From contig RQSC01001165.1 of NCBI GenBank assembly GCA_013416795.1, positions 64,741 to 128,740 on the forward strand: a DNA stretch of 64,000 nt, in the 5' to 3' direction. Made by a program: the position numbers and the translations under genes. This stretch comes from Prasinococcaceae sp. CCMP 1430. Lineage: Eukaryota; Plantae; Prasinodermophyta. The number at the start of each line of letters is the position of its first letter. Position 1 is the first letter of the stretch. Below the pieces are notes generated by a model. That model saw only the letters and a list, made by a program, of their open reading frames with translations. It was not told the DNA's origin and made no database searches. Of the stretch, positions 33,962 to 46,473 are shown one piece after another.

Positions 33962-34392
33962 ACAAGGGCAAGGTGAAGTTTGCTGCACTTCCCGTTCCCC
34001 CCAGGCAATTGGTATCAGGAGGCGGGCCAAGCTTTTTTTGGATGTCGACGGTTTTTCGGGCGGGGCCTCTTCGGCGCGGCGTCCACGCGGCGCGCCGACG
34101 CTGAGCCCAATGACCGAGAAATTGCCCGAGTATGGTTCCTCCTTCCCCACCCTCCTCACGCCCGCACGCTGCAGACTCTCACGTGCGCGTGCGCGCCGCT
34201 GCGCTGTGCGCGCTTGTGTGCGCCGCGGCCGCTGCGTTGCGTCGCGCGCGTGGTGTGGTGCATCGCCTCCGCCGCGCGCGCACGCGCATTCACTGTGCGG
34301 GCATTGTGCGATTGAATGCTCATTGTTGTAACCGACGCACGCCGGCCGCGCTTGGCGCGAGTGCCGTCGCGCGCACACTATTGCTCGCGTCC

Positions 34393-34745
34393 GTGCGCGC
34401 GCGCGCAGCGCCAGGGGGACGCGAGGGCGGCAATAACCTTTGTGAGTGCGATGCGCAAGCTCCCCCGCCATCCTCCCATTCTCTGTGCGCGCGCGGCGCT
34501 ACAAGGCCCGCCACCCCTGCCGCCGGGGCGTACACGCCGTCCGCGAGTGCCATCGCCGCGCACGCTAGTGCTCGCGTGAGTCGCGTCGGTGCGCGCGAGC
34601 GCAGCGCCAGGGGGACGCGAGGGCGGCCATACCCTTTTTGAGTTCGATGCGCAAGCTCATCCGCCATCCTTCCATTCTCTGTGCGCGAGCGGTGCGACAA
34701 GGCCCGCCACCCCTGCCGCCAGGGCGTACACGCCGTCGCCGCGTG
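34393..34745 (+). repeat. Diverged direct repeat, two ~150-bp copies, period 196 bp
   Basis: gcagcgccagggggacgcgagggcggc...cgtacacgccgtc at 34405 and 34601. Confidence 0.9.
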
Positions 34746-35338
34746 CGCCCGCACGCCGCCGCCGCGCCCGCACCGGCATTGAGGAGCGCCTCCGTTGGCT
34801 GCCTGCCGCCGTACAGCACGGACCGGCACGCGCGCGCGCGCGCACGAATGCGCGCGTCGCGTCCGTTCCCGGGAGTTCGACAAGATCTCCCGTGGTCATA
34901 TCAGATATAATTATTAACTGATGAAGAGTTTTCATTCGCGTAAAAATTCATATCACATCGAAAGTCGGATTCATTTTGATATAATATCAAATAGCAGAGA
35001 GAATGTTGGTGTGCATCCATCAAATGAGTTCCCATGCGGCTCGCGCCGTGCCAGCGCATCGCCTCAGCCAATGAAAGCAAAGTTTGAGCAGCGTGAGCAC
35101 TCCAAGGAGCGTAGCCCCCTCGGATGTGCGCACTCTATAAAAGTCTCGCTTTTTAAGGGCAAAATATAACGTGGCTCGGGTCAGACATCGCGATGCCGCG
35201 CGCAGGCGCTCGCATGCGCATGTCAACAGCGCCCGCGCCCGCGCTGCGCCTCGAATGCCCGTGTGCACTGCAACCGCGTCGCCGAGCGCACGCAGCGCTC
35301 CCGCGCTCACTTGCAGTGCTGCACGCCCCCGCCGGCCT

Positions 35339-36284
35339 CTAGCCGCTGGGATGCATAGTGAGGACCTCGATGGAGGTCGCTAATCCCATGGGGCGCGCAG
35401 AGGTGGGTCGCCTCCGCTCCTCCGCTTCCTTGTGGGGCTTGTGGAAGAGGGGCTGCGCTACTGACTTGTAGTTGAAGTGGCCCCAGGTGCTGGGTGACAT
35501 CATGAGGCGCACCGAGAGCTTCACCAGGTCGAGTGGCAGGAACCAAATGATGTCCCAGACCCATGCGACGCCCGCCCAGTTCCAGCCTGCGCCGCGCACC
35601 TTCGTGAAGCCCCAGTTGGCATAGACGCCGATGAATGTGGCCACCAGCTGCGCGATGACAAAAGCCAGCGCGAGCAAGATGCTCGGCCGCTGCATGAAGA
35701 AAAAACCCTGCGAGCGGGAGACAAAGATGACTGCCTGCCCGAGGATGGACACTTGCAGGTACACGACGTTGTGAAAGACGAAGCTGTTCACTCCAGAGTC
35801 GTTTTGGGTCGAGTCGCCGAAGCGGATCTCTTCTGCATCCCTCAGGTTGAAGTGGTCGACGAAGAAGTTTGTCTCGCGCGCGACCACCACGAAAACGACC
35901 GTCGAGGCCGCCAGGTACAAGCCGATGACGATGCCTTCAATGAAGAGCTTCCAGAGGCGCCACACGTCCGGGGTGCGGCTCGGGCTGACGCGATCTGTAC
36001 TCACGGTCATGATGGTGCCGTCGTTCAGATAGGCGAGGATGAGGATCATGAATGGTGGCATGTTGAACCGAAAGGCCCACACTAGAACGCTGAATCGCGT
36101 GACAATGCCCACCGTAGTCGCGCACGCATACAGCACGTACGACTTCATCCGCTGAAAGATGCATCGACTCTCGATGATGGCGTCGATGATGACGCTGAGG
36201 CCTTTCTCCGTCAGCACGATGTCGCTCGCCCCGCGCGCGGCGTCGGTGGCGTCGGCAACGGCCACGCCGACGTGGGCCACCTTC

Positions 36285-36320
<36 letters not shown>

Positions 36321-39218
36321 CCCACCGTGAAGCCCAGCTTCTTGAGGGTCTGCACGATGGCGTACTTGTGTTCTGAGGTCCGCGCAGAGTCAGCGCGCCC
36401 GCGCGCGCTGGTGCCCACGCACTCGAGCTGGCAGCGCGGCGCGTGCTCGTCGCGCGCGGCCGTCGCGCGCGCGGGCGCTACCGCGCACCTGGGAAGACTC
36501 CAGCGAAGCCGTTTGCCTCGCGGATGACCGCATCTCGCTGGAGGCCGTCGGGTGTGAGGTCTGGGTGTGGGCCGGGCGCGAAGAGGTCCGGCGAGTCCAC
36601 GAAGCGCGTGCCCATGTCAAGCTGCCGCGCAGTCTCCTTGCCGATGGCAAGCTAGTGCGCATCATGGCGAGACGGGATTTTCAGAAACTGAGTGTGAGCG
36701 CAGTGGCGTCTCGAGCTGCGTCCTACCCCCACTCGCGCTCGCGCACGAACGCATCACGCACCTGGTCGCCGGTGATCATCTTGACCTCCACGCCCAAATC
36801 CTGCGCGCGCTTGATGGTCTCGGCCGTGTCGTGACGGGGCGGATCGAAAACTGGGAGCATGGCCAGCAGCTCCCACTGCTCACCTGGCGCGACAGATGCC
36901 TCGAGCGGCGAAGCGATGCTGCGGAACTCATTTGCGTCCGAGTTGTCTTCGCTGGAAGGCACCTCCACGTCAAGGGCAGGCACGTTGCAGATCGCAACGC
37001 CCAGCGCGCGATAGCCGCGCGTCGCGAGCGCGTCGATGTCACCGTTGACGGTCCCGCGCAGCACGTCCAGTTGCGAAGCGTCCATTCCCAGGAGCTTGCT
37101 AAGCTCGAGCGCCTGTTCGTCGTGCGGCAAGGGAAGGCACAGGTCCAGGATGATCTGTGGGGCGCCTTTGGTGACGCGGTACGCGCGGCCGGTGCGCGTT
37201 TCGAGGAAGGTCGACTGCGTGCGCTTGCCCACCGGATCGAAGGGCATGAAGTGCAACTCCTGTATGCCCGCGCGCGCGCGGCGCTGGCCAAGCTTCAACG
37301 ATGCCGCGCTCGCACTTTTCGTCCCTTCCGGTGCATCGTCTGGCGTGCCGTCGTCCTCGTCCCCCTCGTCCCCTCCAGCGCCCTCCGCCGCCGTCCCATC
37401 GACCGAGCCCTCCCCCAAATTTGTGCTCGCGCCCGTTCCGCCCCCGAGGCGGGCGCTACTCTGGAGGGCCGGTGCAGCCACGTCTGATTCGCCAGAGGAG
37501 GAGTCGAGGTGCACCTCGGGCGCGCCCGTCGCGTCATAGTCCTCCTCGGGCAGCTCACCCAGCGCTTCGACGATCGCGCGGTCAATGGCGTCGGGGTTTG
37601 ACACGCGCGCGGCGCGGGCCGCGTAGAGCAACGAAGCCGCTGGAGTGACGGTGTGTCCGTAACATAGCCCCATCTGCTGCATGAGCGCGGTGTTCACCGT
37701 CAGCCGGTTGAGCGTGAGCGTACCCGTCTTGTCCGAGCACAGCATGTTCAATCCAGAAAGCTCCTCGATGGCGGTGATTCGCGTGACGATGGCCTTCTTG
37801 CGTGCGAGGTGCGACGCGCCGATTGCGAGCGTGACGCTTAGAACGGTTGGCATGGCGATGGGCACCCCTCCTATCAGCAGCACCAGGCCGTTGGAAACGC
37901 CCGTCCTGTATGGATAGTTCATGGCTGCGTACATCGTCACCACGAGCACGATCAAGAAGACAAGGATGTAGACGATGCAAAATCCGCCTATGGCGGTGAG
38001 CAGCTGCTGGAAGTGCGAGCTCGTCTCGGCCGTGTCGACGAGCCCCGCAGCGCGCCCGAAGAACGTGTTCGGGCCAGTCGCCGTGACGGCGGCCTCTGCT
38101 TCGCCTGTTTTTATGGTCGAGCCCGAGAAGACGTCATCCCCGGGCCCGGCGGTGGCCGGCAGCGACTCGCCGGTGAGCGCCGACTGGTCGACTTTGAGTG
38201 GCTCGCCGCCGATTATCTTCGCGTCCGCGGGCACGCAGTCGCCTAATTTCAGGTATATCACGTCGCCGGGGACGAGTGACGCGCTCTGCACCTCCTGCAC
38301 CTCGCCGTCGCGTAGCGCGCGCGCCGTGGGGGCCAAGCGCGCCTTGAGCGCGGCGACGGCGTTCGAGGCCGAGTTCTCTTCGAAGAATCCGATGGTCGCG
38401 TTGATGAGGAGCAGCACGACGATTCCCAGGAAGTCTTCCCAGTCGGGGGGCTCGCCTCCTCCGTTGGCCACCGCGATGGCCACGATGGCCGCCGCTTCCA
38501 TCACCCACGACAGCGGGTTCCACATGAAGCTCAGGAATACGAGGAACTTGTTGCGCTTCTTTTCGGGGACCTCGTTCGGGCCGAAGAGCTCCAAGCGGCG
38601 TTGCACCTCGGCGCTCGTGAGCCCTTTCTCGCGGTCCGACTGGAGCAGGCGCAGCGCCTCGTCGGGGCCCATCTCCTTCAGCATCTCTTCGGGCACGAGC
38701 TCGCCGTGCGAGACGAAGTGCGCTGAAGGGCCGGGGACGGGCGGCGGGGACTCGGCGGAGAGCTCGCCAGCGGTACCATCGGGTGACCCCTTGGTCTCCG
38801 CGGGCTCCACGTGGCCGTGTGGCCATCCCTTCACGCGCGATGCAACACGCGAGGCCTGCGCAAGCAGCGGGCGCGGCGGGCAAGGGGGCGGGCGCGCGTG
38901 TTGGTGCGGGCATGAAGAGGCAGACATCACAGCAAGCAGTCAACGAGTCGGTCTACGTGTCAGCCGACGCGCACCGCAGCACTGCGCGTCGACAAGAGCA
39001 CGGCGGGCAGGCGCGGTGGGTCGCCCTGCGCGCAGCACGCCGACTCGCACCATCGAGCGCGACGGCGACCCCGCGGCCCCGCTTCCGGGCGTGGGTGCCT
39101 CAGCTGCTGACTCCGCCGCGCTCCCAGCCCGCTCCGCCAGCTCGACTCGCGGGGCCTGTTCGGTCGCACGGCGCGCGCCGTCATGGCCGCTTTTGGCGCC
39201 GCCGCCCCGCCTGAACAT
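35339..39218 (-). CDS. Plasma-membrane P3A-type H+-ATPase; introns 38856-39050, 36652-36761, 36373-36488
   Basis: FMWNPLSWVME; DQSALTGESLP; GGVPIAMPTVLSVT; CSDKTGTLT; KGAPQ; DPPRHD; MITGDQ|LAIGKET; FP|EHKY; GDGVNDAPALK; LNDGTIM. Confidence 0.95.
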
Positions 39219-40022
39219 GGCCCGTCTCGCGCGTGTGCCCCCCCCGCCGGCGGTCGCGAGGCTCGCGCTCCGCGTTCGGTCTGGCGCCGATGCGCCCGCC
39301 GCCGGCAGCCCGCCTCGCCCTCCGCCACGCGCGCTCCGCTCCGTTCGCGCGGCGGGGGCCGCGCGCGCGCGCCCGCGCCCGACTGATTTTTTCCGCGCGG
39401 CCGTTTCATCCCCTGCAATGAGTGCCCCATCAGAAAGCGCGAGGGCGCGCACGGCGCGCGCGCCCCGCTTGCGCGACGTGGTACGATTCGAGGGGCCGCG
39501 GCCACAGTTAGAGCTTTTTTTTCCTCGCCGGCGCCGCGCGCCGACGCGCGCGCCGGCACCCAAGCATCCCGCGCGGCGCTCCATCCCTCGATCTGATCCG
39601 CGCGACGCTGCCACGCGCGCGAGCGAGCGAGCGAGCGCGAGCGAGCGGACCCCTCTCAGTCCGTTGGGCCGCCCAACCAACGCCAGCCAGCGACCTTTTT
39701 TTTTTTTGGACGCTGTGGCTGTGGCCCTCCATCAACCAATCGAGGCCGCCGCAGCGGCGCGCACTTTGATTCGGATGCGCGCCTCAGTCCGGCAGATTCA
39801 GATTCTTTTTTCTGGATGTCAGATATTTTCTCCACGCATGTTTGGATTGCTGCGGGTCGCCCGCCCCGCCGCGCCGCGCCGCGCGGAGTGTGCGTGTGCC
39901 GTTTGCGCGCGGCGCTGAGGTGTTTGCGCGCCGGCGAGCGCGACATGCAAGGCTCGCGTGGGGGGCGCAAGTGGCAAGGAAGGGGGGCGGATATAATCAG
40001 GGGGGCACGGGGCACCGGTGAA

Positions 40023-40053
<31 letters not shown>

Positions 40054-41062
40054 GCGCATGCCAGCGGCACCGCCCGGCGCCACAGCACGCTCGCACGGCG
40101 CGTTGCGTAGCGGCGGCGGGGCGGGCCGAGGAGGTGCGAATCAGTCGGGGAGAAGCCCCGCCCGCGCCCCCGGGAGAGCGCCGCGCCCGCCGCCCTCCCC
40201 GCCCCCGCAGAGCGCCGCGCAGCGCGCCCCACGCACCACAAGAGGGAGGAACAAGAACACCAGGGGACGCGGCGCGGCGGGCGACGAAGGGGCGTTGCAA
40301 CAATCAATGCATCGATGGGACGCGCAACGATCGACGAGCGACCGACGCGGTCGCCTTGGAGGGCAGCGGATTAGATTCGGATTCGGAACCGGTGAGTCTG
40401 TCGCTGTCGGGGCCGAACCCTAATCAGGCTCATCGGTAAACAGTGGGAGTCGTTGAACTCCGCGCGTGCCGAAACGGGAGACAGCACACACACGTGCAAC
40501 ACGCGCCCGCGCAAGAACACCAACCACCCACCAGCCTTTTTCTTATTTTTCTTTCTTTTCCCCCGTCTTTTTTGTGGGTGGACGCGGGGAAGGGGCGAGC
40601 GGCGCCGCGCGCGCGCCCGCGTTTCGGAGCGTTTTTTGGGGCGCGCGCGCGGGTGCGCTCTGACCTGTCCAGGGGTCACCGGCCGGTCCCGCGCCGCGCC
40701 GTCTCCGTTTTCCGTCCTTTTTTTGTTGTTGTTGGCCAGGGGCCGGGCCGGGGCGTGCGCGACCTCGCGGGTCGGTTGGTTGGCCGGCGCGCGCCGAGAT
40801 GCGGAGCACGCCAGTTTCGCGATGACCGACCGGCACTCGCAGATCGCGCTGCGGCGCTGCACTGAAAGCGAATTGCGCGAATTGCGAAAGCACGTTTGTA
40901 AACCCTGCACCCTAATGCGACCGTCGATCGCGCGCACGGATCCCACCCCAAACCCAGGCTGAAACTCGCGCTGGCCCGTGGGGGGACTCCTGTACTGTAC
41001 TGTAACTTTCCAATGAGCAAGCTCCACGAACGCGTATTTGGGTATGATCGCGTGACGGGTTT

Positions 41063-43918
41063 GTGGGATATGCCATTCTGCATGGGTTCTGGCGCCGCCG
41101 ACGCGCGAGAGCGCGCGAGCAGCAGCGCCTCGCGGCGCGGAGGCAGCAGCTGGGCTCGACCCCTTACACGTACACGTACGGCTTTCGAGACGCGTCCGAG
41201 CTGCGCGCGGAGTACTGCCTGTTCGGCGAAGGTCGGCATGGCGCAAAAGTGCTCGATGGCGTGCTGCACCACATGCCGGCGGCGATTGGCGGCGCGGCAG
41301 CGTCTCCATCGTCAGCGTCGCCACCAGCGAGATCGCCCGACGAAGAGGCACTCTTGAAGGCTGAGGCCGATGCCGAGGCTCGCCGCTGGGGGGACCGAGG
41401 CGACGGTGCGTGCTTGACTGTACTATTGCCTTGGCCGCGCGCGTGGCATGCGATCCCTCGACTGCCGCCAAGCTCTCGAAGGTTTCCCGCCCGCCGTAGC
41501 ATTTATTGCGCCAGCGATGATCATAGCTGCTGACGCTCTGGACCCGCCATCTACGACTTGCATCTGCCTTCCAATCACCCGCGCGTCGGAACGCCGGTCG
41601 CAAATAGGGACCGCGCTGCTCGGGGTTGGCTCCTTCGGCATCGTGCGCCTCCTCGAGGACAGATTCGGACGCGGCGACAAGAGGGCGTGCAAAATCGTCC
41701 CCAAGCGACGTGTGCGACGGATGGAAGAGGATATCAAAAACGAGGTCCTCACTTGGTCCGTGTTGTCCGGCTCGCTGGACGTCGTGCACTTCTACGGCGC
41801 TTTCGAGGACGACCGGAATGTGTATTTGCTGCTCGAGGTGTGCAAGGGAGGCGAGCTCTCCCACAGGATGAAGGGCCATGTCGCTCTCAAGGAGGCAGTC
41901 GCGAAGCGCTACACGCGAACTCTGCTCAGACTGCTCTGTCACATGGGCGCCCTGAGCATCGTCCATAGGGACCTGAAGCCCGACAACTTCGCCCTTCTGG
42001 TCGACCACGCAGACTCGCCCATCAAACTGGGAGATTTCGGGATGGCGATCGCCCACCCGCCTGGATCTTCCCCGCTCCACGTCAGGTGTGGCACGCCGGC
42101 GTACATGGCACCAGGTGCGCGCGCGCGTGCGTACCGGGCGCTCGTCAATGACATCACAAATGCGGGCGCTTCGATCACTTGTGTGTGCATGTGCTCGCGC
42201 GGGAGCGCACCGCGCCTTCTCCACGTCCCGTCGCAAGTTCGCAACGCGTACTCACCCGCTCGCGCGCCTGCGGTGTATGCGCGTCCAACGTCGCGCGGCG
42301 CGCAGAGGTCTGGTCCCGCGAGTATGACGGACGCTGCGACCTGTGGTCTGCGGGTGTCATGATCTTCGAGATGCTCACGGGTGAGCTTCCGACAGACCGC
42401 GAACTTCGCCGGCGGGGATGGCTATCCTCCGGGGAAGTGCTGCGGACCATCCACGACTCTTTCTCGGAGCAGGCGAAATTCGAGCGCCGGTGCCTCGAGA
42501 CCAACGCCAAGTGGTTGAGCTTGCCTCCGGGCGCTCGAAACCTGGTGTCGTCGCTGCTGCACGTCGATCCCGGCGAACGCATGCCGGCGGCGGAGGCGCT
42601 CAAGCACCCATGGCTGCTCGAGGAAGTCGTCCCCACGCACATCCCCTTCCTGCCACCGTCACCCTCGCCGTCGGATAGCGGGCACCAACATTCTGGGGAT
42701 GACGAGGAGCCTGAGGCAAGTCTTGGGAGCACGCTCATCGCGCGCGTGCAGCGCTTCCGCACACAGATGGCAGTCAAGCAGATCGTCTACTTTCTCATGG
42801 CGGTCCGCATTGTGCGCGCGCTCGCCGACGAGGAAACGTTGCGCGCGGCGTCCGTATCCGACGCCGTCAGCAGTAGCCTCAGCTTGAGGGCGACAAGCAC
42901 TGGCGAGCTGGCCGCCGAGGATATCGACGAAGGTGTCTCGACCGTCAACGATACAGAGGCACCAGAATCGGCGACAGAGGATACCAATCGCTCCACCGGC
43001 GGTGAGACGGACTCGGACTACGCCATTGGAGAGAGCGCTCGGCAGCGAGCGAGCGAGCCGGTCGCCTCGAGTGCTATGCTGACAGTAGCAGAGTCAGCAT
43101 TGTCGCTCGAAGAGGACGCGGCGAGCGCCCCACCGACGGAGGCAATCAACGCCTCGTCGCTTGACGAGCGCATCCGTCGCAGCACGCGCGTGTGCCAAGC
43201 GTACCAAGACGCCCATCGGCTCTTCTTTCGAGTTCTCGATGCAGACAAGACCGGCGTGGTCTCATATGCAGAGTTCACCAAGGCGGTCAGAGGCATGCAC
43301 TTCAGTGTGCACTCTGACGAGCTCGCAACATTGCTCAAGGCAGCTGATGTAGACGGCTCGGGGGTGATCACATTCGTCGAATTCGTGACGGTTGCCTTCA
43401 CATGGAGCCATGTGCGCGAGGCCAGTCATGGCCTCTGGGAGATTTTGCTCCTCGACATTTTCGAGGAGCTTGACCTGGACAAGAGCGGCCGCGTGTCGGG
43501 GCTGGAGCTCCGTGCGGCCCTCGAGAAGAATTACGGCAAATTTCGCAAGTCTGGCGGCCACGGCGACAACGAATTTGCCCGGAGGGCGTCCCTGGAAGTG
43601 GACCTCGCCCTCACGAATGCGCTGTATACGAGTGAACGCGCGGGCACGGGCGACGGCGACGACGTTGTCAGGCGCCCTGCGGACGAAACGCGCATGGACT
43701 TCGAGGGCTTTCTCGTGCTTATTGAGCCCGAGCTCGAGCTCGACACTTTCGAGGACAGACTCCCGACCCGCAAGGCGAGGCGCGCGATGGCAAGGTATGT
43801 AGAAAAGGCCGAGCGTGAGCACAGCGCGGCCCCTGGCGGGCCGGCTGCGGGCGAGGGGCATGGAATCGGGAGCTTCGTCGGCGCGCTCTTTGGCAGCTGC
43901 TTTAGCTTTAGCACGTGA
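41063..43918 (+). CDS. Calcium-dependent protein kinase (CDPK-like); introns 41406-41607 and 42115-42305; start uncertain
   Basis: LGVGSFG; ACKIV; HRDLKPDNF; DFG; CGTPAYMAP|E; DLWSAGV; EF-hands DADKTGVVSYAEF, DVDGSGVITFVEF, DLDKSGRVSGLEL. Confidence 0.88.
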
Positions 43919-44376
43919 ACGGGGCGCGCTGTGTACCAAAACCGACCGACATTGTCGCACTTGCGCGCGCGCCGACGCTTTAGGGTCAGTCATGAACCCT
44001 ATCGCAAGCGCCTTGGTGCCATCAATCGCTTCCACGCCCTCGTCGCTTTTCCTCCGTTGTCCGCCGCGCGCACATGCATTGAGTTCCAACGGACAAACAA
44101 ACGCACTCCGTCAGAAGCGCAGGCGGGGAGGCGGCGCGCGCCTCGGAGTGCCGCTGTGGTGCAGGGCACCGTGAAAACGACGTGCACATCGAATTGCGGA
44201 TGGCTTTTTCTTTTTCGGCGCCGTTTCGCGGCGGCTGCGCGCGCGCGCCCGCACCGTCCGGGCGGTACGGCGGCAAGGCGCTGTCGGGATGCGGCAGTGA
44301 CGGGCGAGCAGGGGGGGCAGGAGGAGGAGGGCGCTGCCACTGTGCGCGTGCGGCGCGGCGAGGCGCGGCGCAACCA

Positions 44377-45973
44377 ATGGCGTCGCCCACTGCGCCCGCG
44401 CTTGCTCCGTCTGAGTCGACGGCCATCGCGCTGTTCGAGAGCGAGAGCGTGAGGGGCTTCTTGGCGCAGCGCGCGACGCGGCGAGCGGCGCGCGCGCACA
44501 ACGACGGGGGCTCATGGGGAGCGGCGGCCGCCGAGGGCGCCGCCGGTGGCGTAGTCGTTGTGGACAGGGACGACACTGTCGGCACCGCGCTGGACCTCTT
44601 CGCCAAGCACAAGATCCTGTCCGCGCCGATGGTGCTGCGGAGTCCCGCCGACGGTGCGTGAGCGCGCGCTGCGTGCCTTCGGATGGCGGTATGGTGGGTC
44701 TAGTGCCAGTCAGTACTGACACTTCGATTTTCTCACGCCGCGCGGGCCGTGTCCCTGCGCACCGGTCGCGCCGGATGGCATCGCTGCAGCGACGGCAACG
44801 CTGCCCCTGGGGACGAGCACCGGCGCTGCCGAGGTCGCCCCCTACCGCGTTTTGAATTTCTTGTCGGTCGGCGACATCGTCCGAAGCTTCATCGCATGTT
44901 GGGAGGCCGAGGAGCACGCGGCGGGCGCGGCGGCGGCAACGGGCGCGCAGCCGCCGCAGTGCGGTGAGGCCGATAACGGGTACGCCGAAGACGCCCGCGC
45001 TGCCGACGTGGGCAGCGTGCTTTGGCGCATGGGAGTTCTGCGCTCCGCAGGACGCGCGTTCGCCGATCGGATGTGCGGCGACTGCGGCACCGTCGAGGAC
45101 GGCGACATGGTATTCAGTGGCGCCTCCGACGCCATGCCTCTGTCGCAGCTCGTGCGCTACGGGCTCCTTCGATGGCCGCGCCGTCGACCAGCAGTCGCCC
45201 CTTGCCATCGCGTGGGCGTGTTTGGCTCTGACGGCTCGATCGAGGAGATCATTTCGCAAAGCGACATCGTAGAGTGGCTCGCAGACAATCTGTGGAAGCT
45301 CGGCAATCTGGTCCACGAGCCCGTTGGGGCAATCAGTGGCCTCATCAGCTCACCAGCGGCGACCGTGAGCAGCCTGCGCCCAGCCATCGACGCCTTCGCC
45401 GACATTGAGCGCCTGAAGGGGGTCAGCGCCGTGGGCATTGTGGACGCGGTGTCGGGCGCGCTTGTTGGGAACTTCTCGGAGTCCGACCTGCGCGGGATGC
45501 GACCGCAACACTTTCCAGGGCTCGCACTCCCCGTGGCTGAGTTTCTCTGCTACAAGCACTCATGGACGACTGCCCCAGCACCGGCGGCCGGAGACGGTCC
45601 GACCACGCCCGGCGACACCACCCCGATTCGCCTCTCCGATGTGGCAGCGTCCCTGCCCATGATGGTACAACCCTCGGCGACTTCCCATACGGCGGCGGGG
45701 GCTGCAAGCCGCGTGCCGTCGGTTCCATGGGCGGGGCTCGTGCGCGACGAGTACGGTCGCGCTTTGCTCGCGGCCCGGCCCGTCCTAACGTGCAGCGAAG
45801 GGGACTCCCTCGGCAGCGTCATCACCAGGCTGGCAGAACTTCGCGCGCACAGAATATACTGCGTCGACGCGGTGAGCGGCAAGCCGTCTGGGGTGATCAG
45901 CCTCACCGATGTGCTCTCCGCGCTCGTCCGCTCGCCGACCGAGACCACGCCAGCGGCGCCGGCGACGATCTGA
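44377..45973 (+). CDS. CBS-domain protein (SNF4/KING1/PV42-like); intron 44654-44789
   Basis: HKILSAPM; HRVGV..IISQSDIV; VSAVGIVD..LVGNFSESDLRG; HRIYCVD..GVISLTDVL. Confidence 0.85.
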
Positions 45974-46297
45974 GCGAGGGGCATGCCTGCCACTACTGCT
46001 GACTGTCGGCGTTATGCCTTCACCTCCCTTCTTCGTTTTGTTCAAGAGTTGAAATAACTACAGTAGTGGACTAGTGGGTGATGGTTGGCTGCAAATTGCG
46101 AACCACGCCAACATTAAGCACCAAGCGGCGACGCTGGCTCGCTGTCCGCGATGGAGCCTGCGCAGCGAGTACGCCGCTAGTAGGAGAGCGCCACTGTCCA
46201 GACATAAGCACAAGCTTGGTGATCAATGACTGAGTGCCAGTGATCACCGCTCGCATGCTGCCCATGCACTGTACATACTATGTGATGGAACTTCATA

Positions 46298-46313
46298 TAA
46301 CCCTAACCCTAAA
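46298..46313 (+). promoter_or_regulatory. Tandem telomere-like / telo-box motif TAACCCTAACCCTAAA upstream of DLH
   Basis: Two CCCTAA units about 160 bp before the ATG. Confidence 0.45.
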
Positions 46314-46473
46314 TATACAACCTCAACTACCCGTCACGCGAAGCACCGGGGGGAACGGCCCTGCAGCGCAGAAAAAACGGCCCGAGGCGGCGCGCCCAGT
46401 GCGGGCACGCAGCAGGCAGGGGCCGTGCCGAGACATGCGGGCGCGTCACAACGCCCCGCAGTGGCACGAGCGC

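Noticed and set aside
34862-34895. tRNA/SINE-like GTTCGA B-box
   Set aside because: No cloverleaf and no A-box
29220-34915. Possible terminal inverted repeats (aaccacgggcga versus tctcccgtggtc)
   Set aside because: Only an ~8-bp core matches, with no target-site duplication and no transposase, so a mobile element cannot be called
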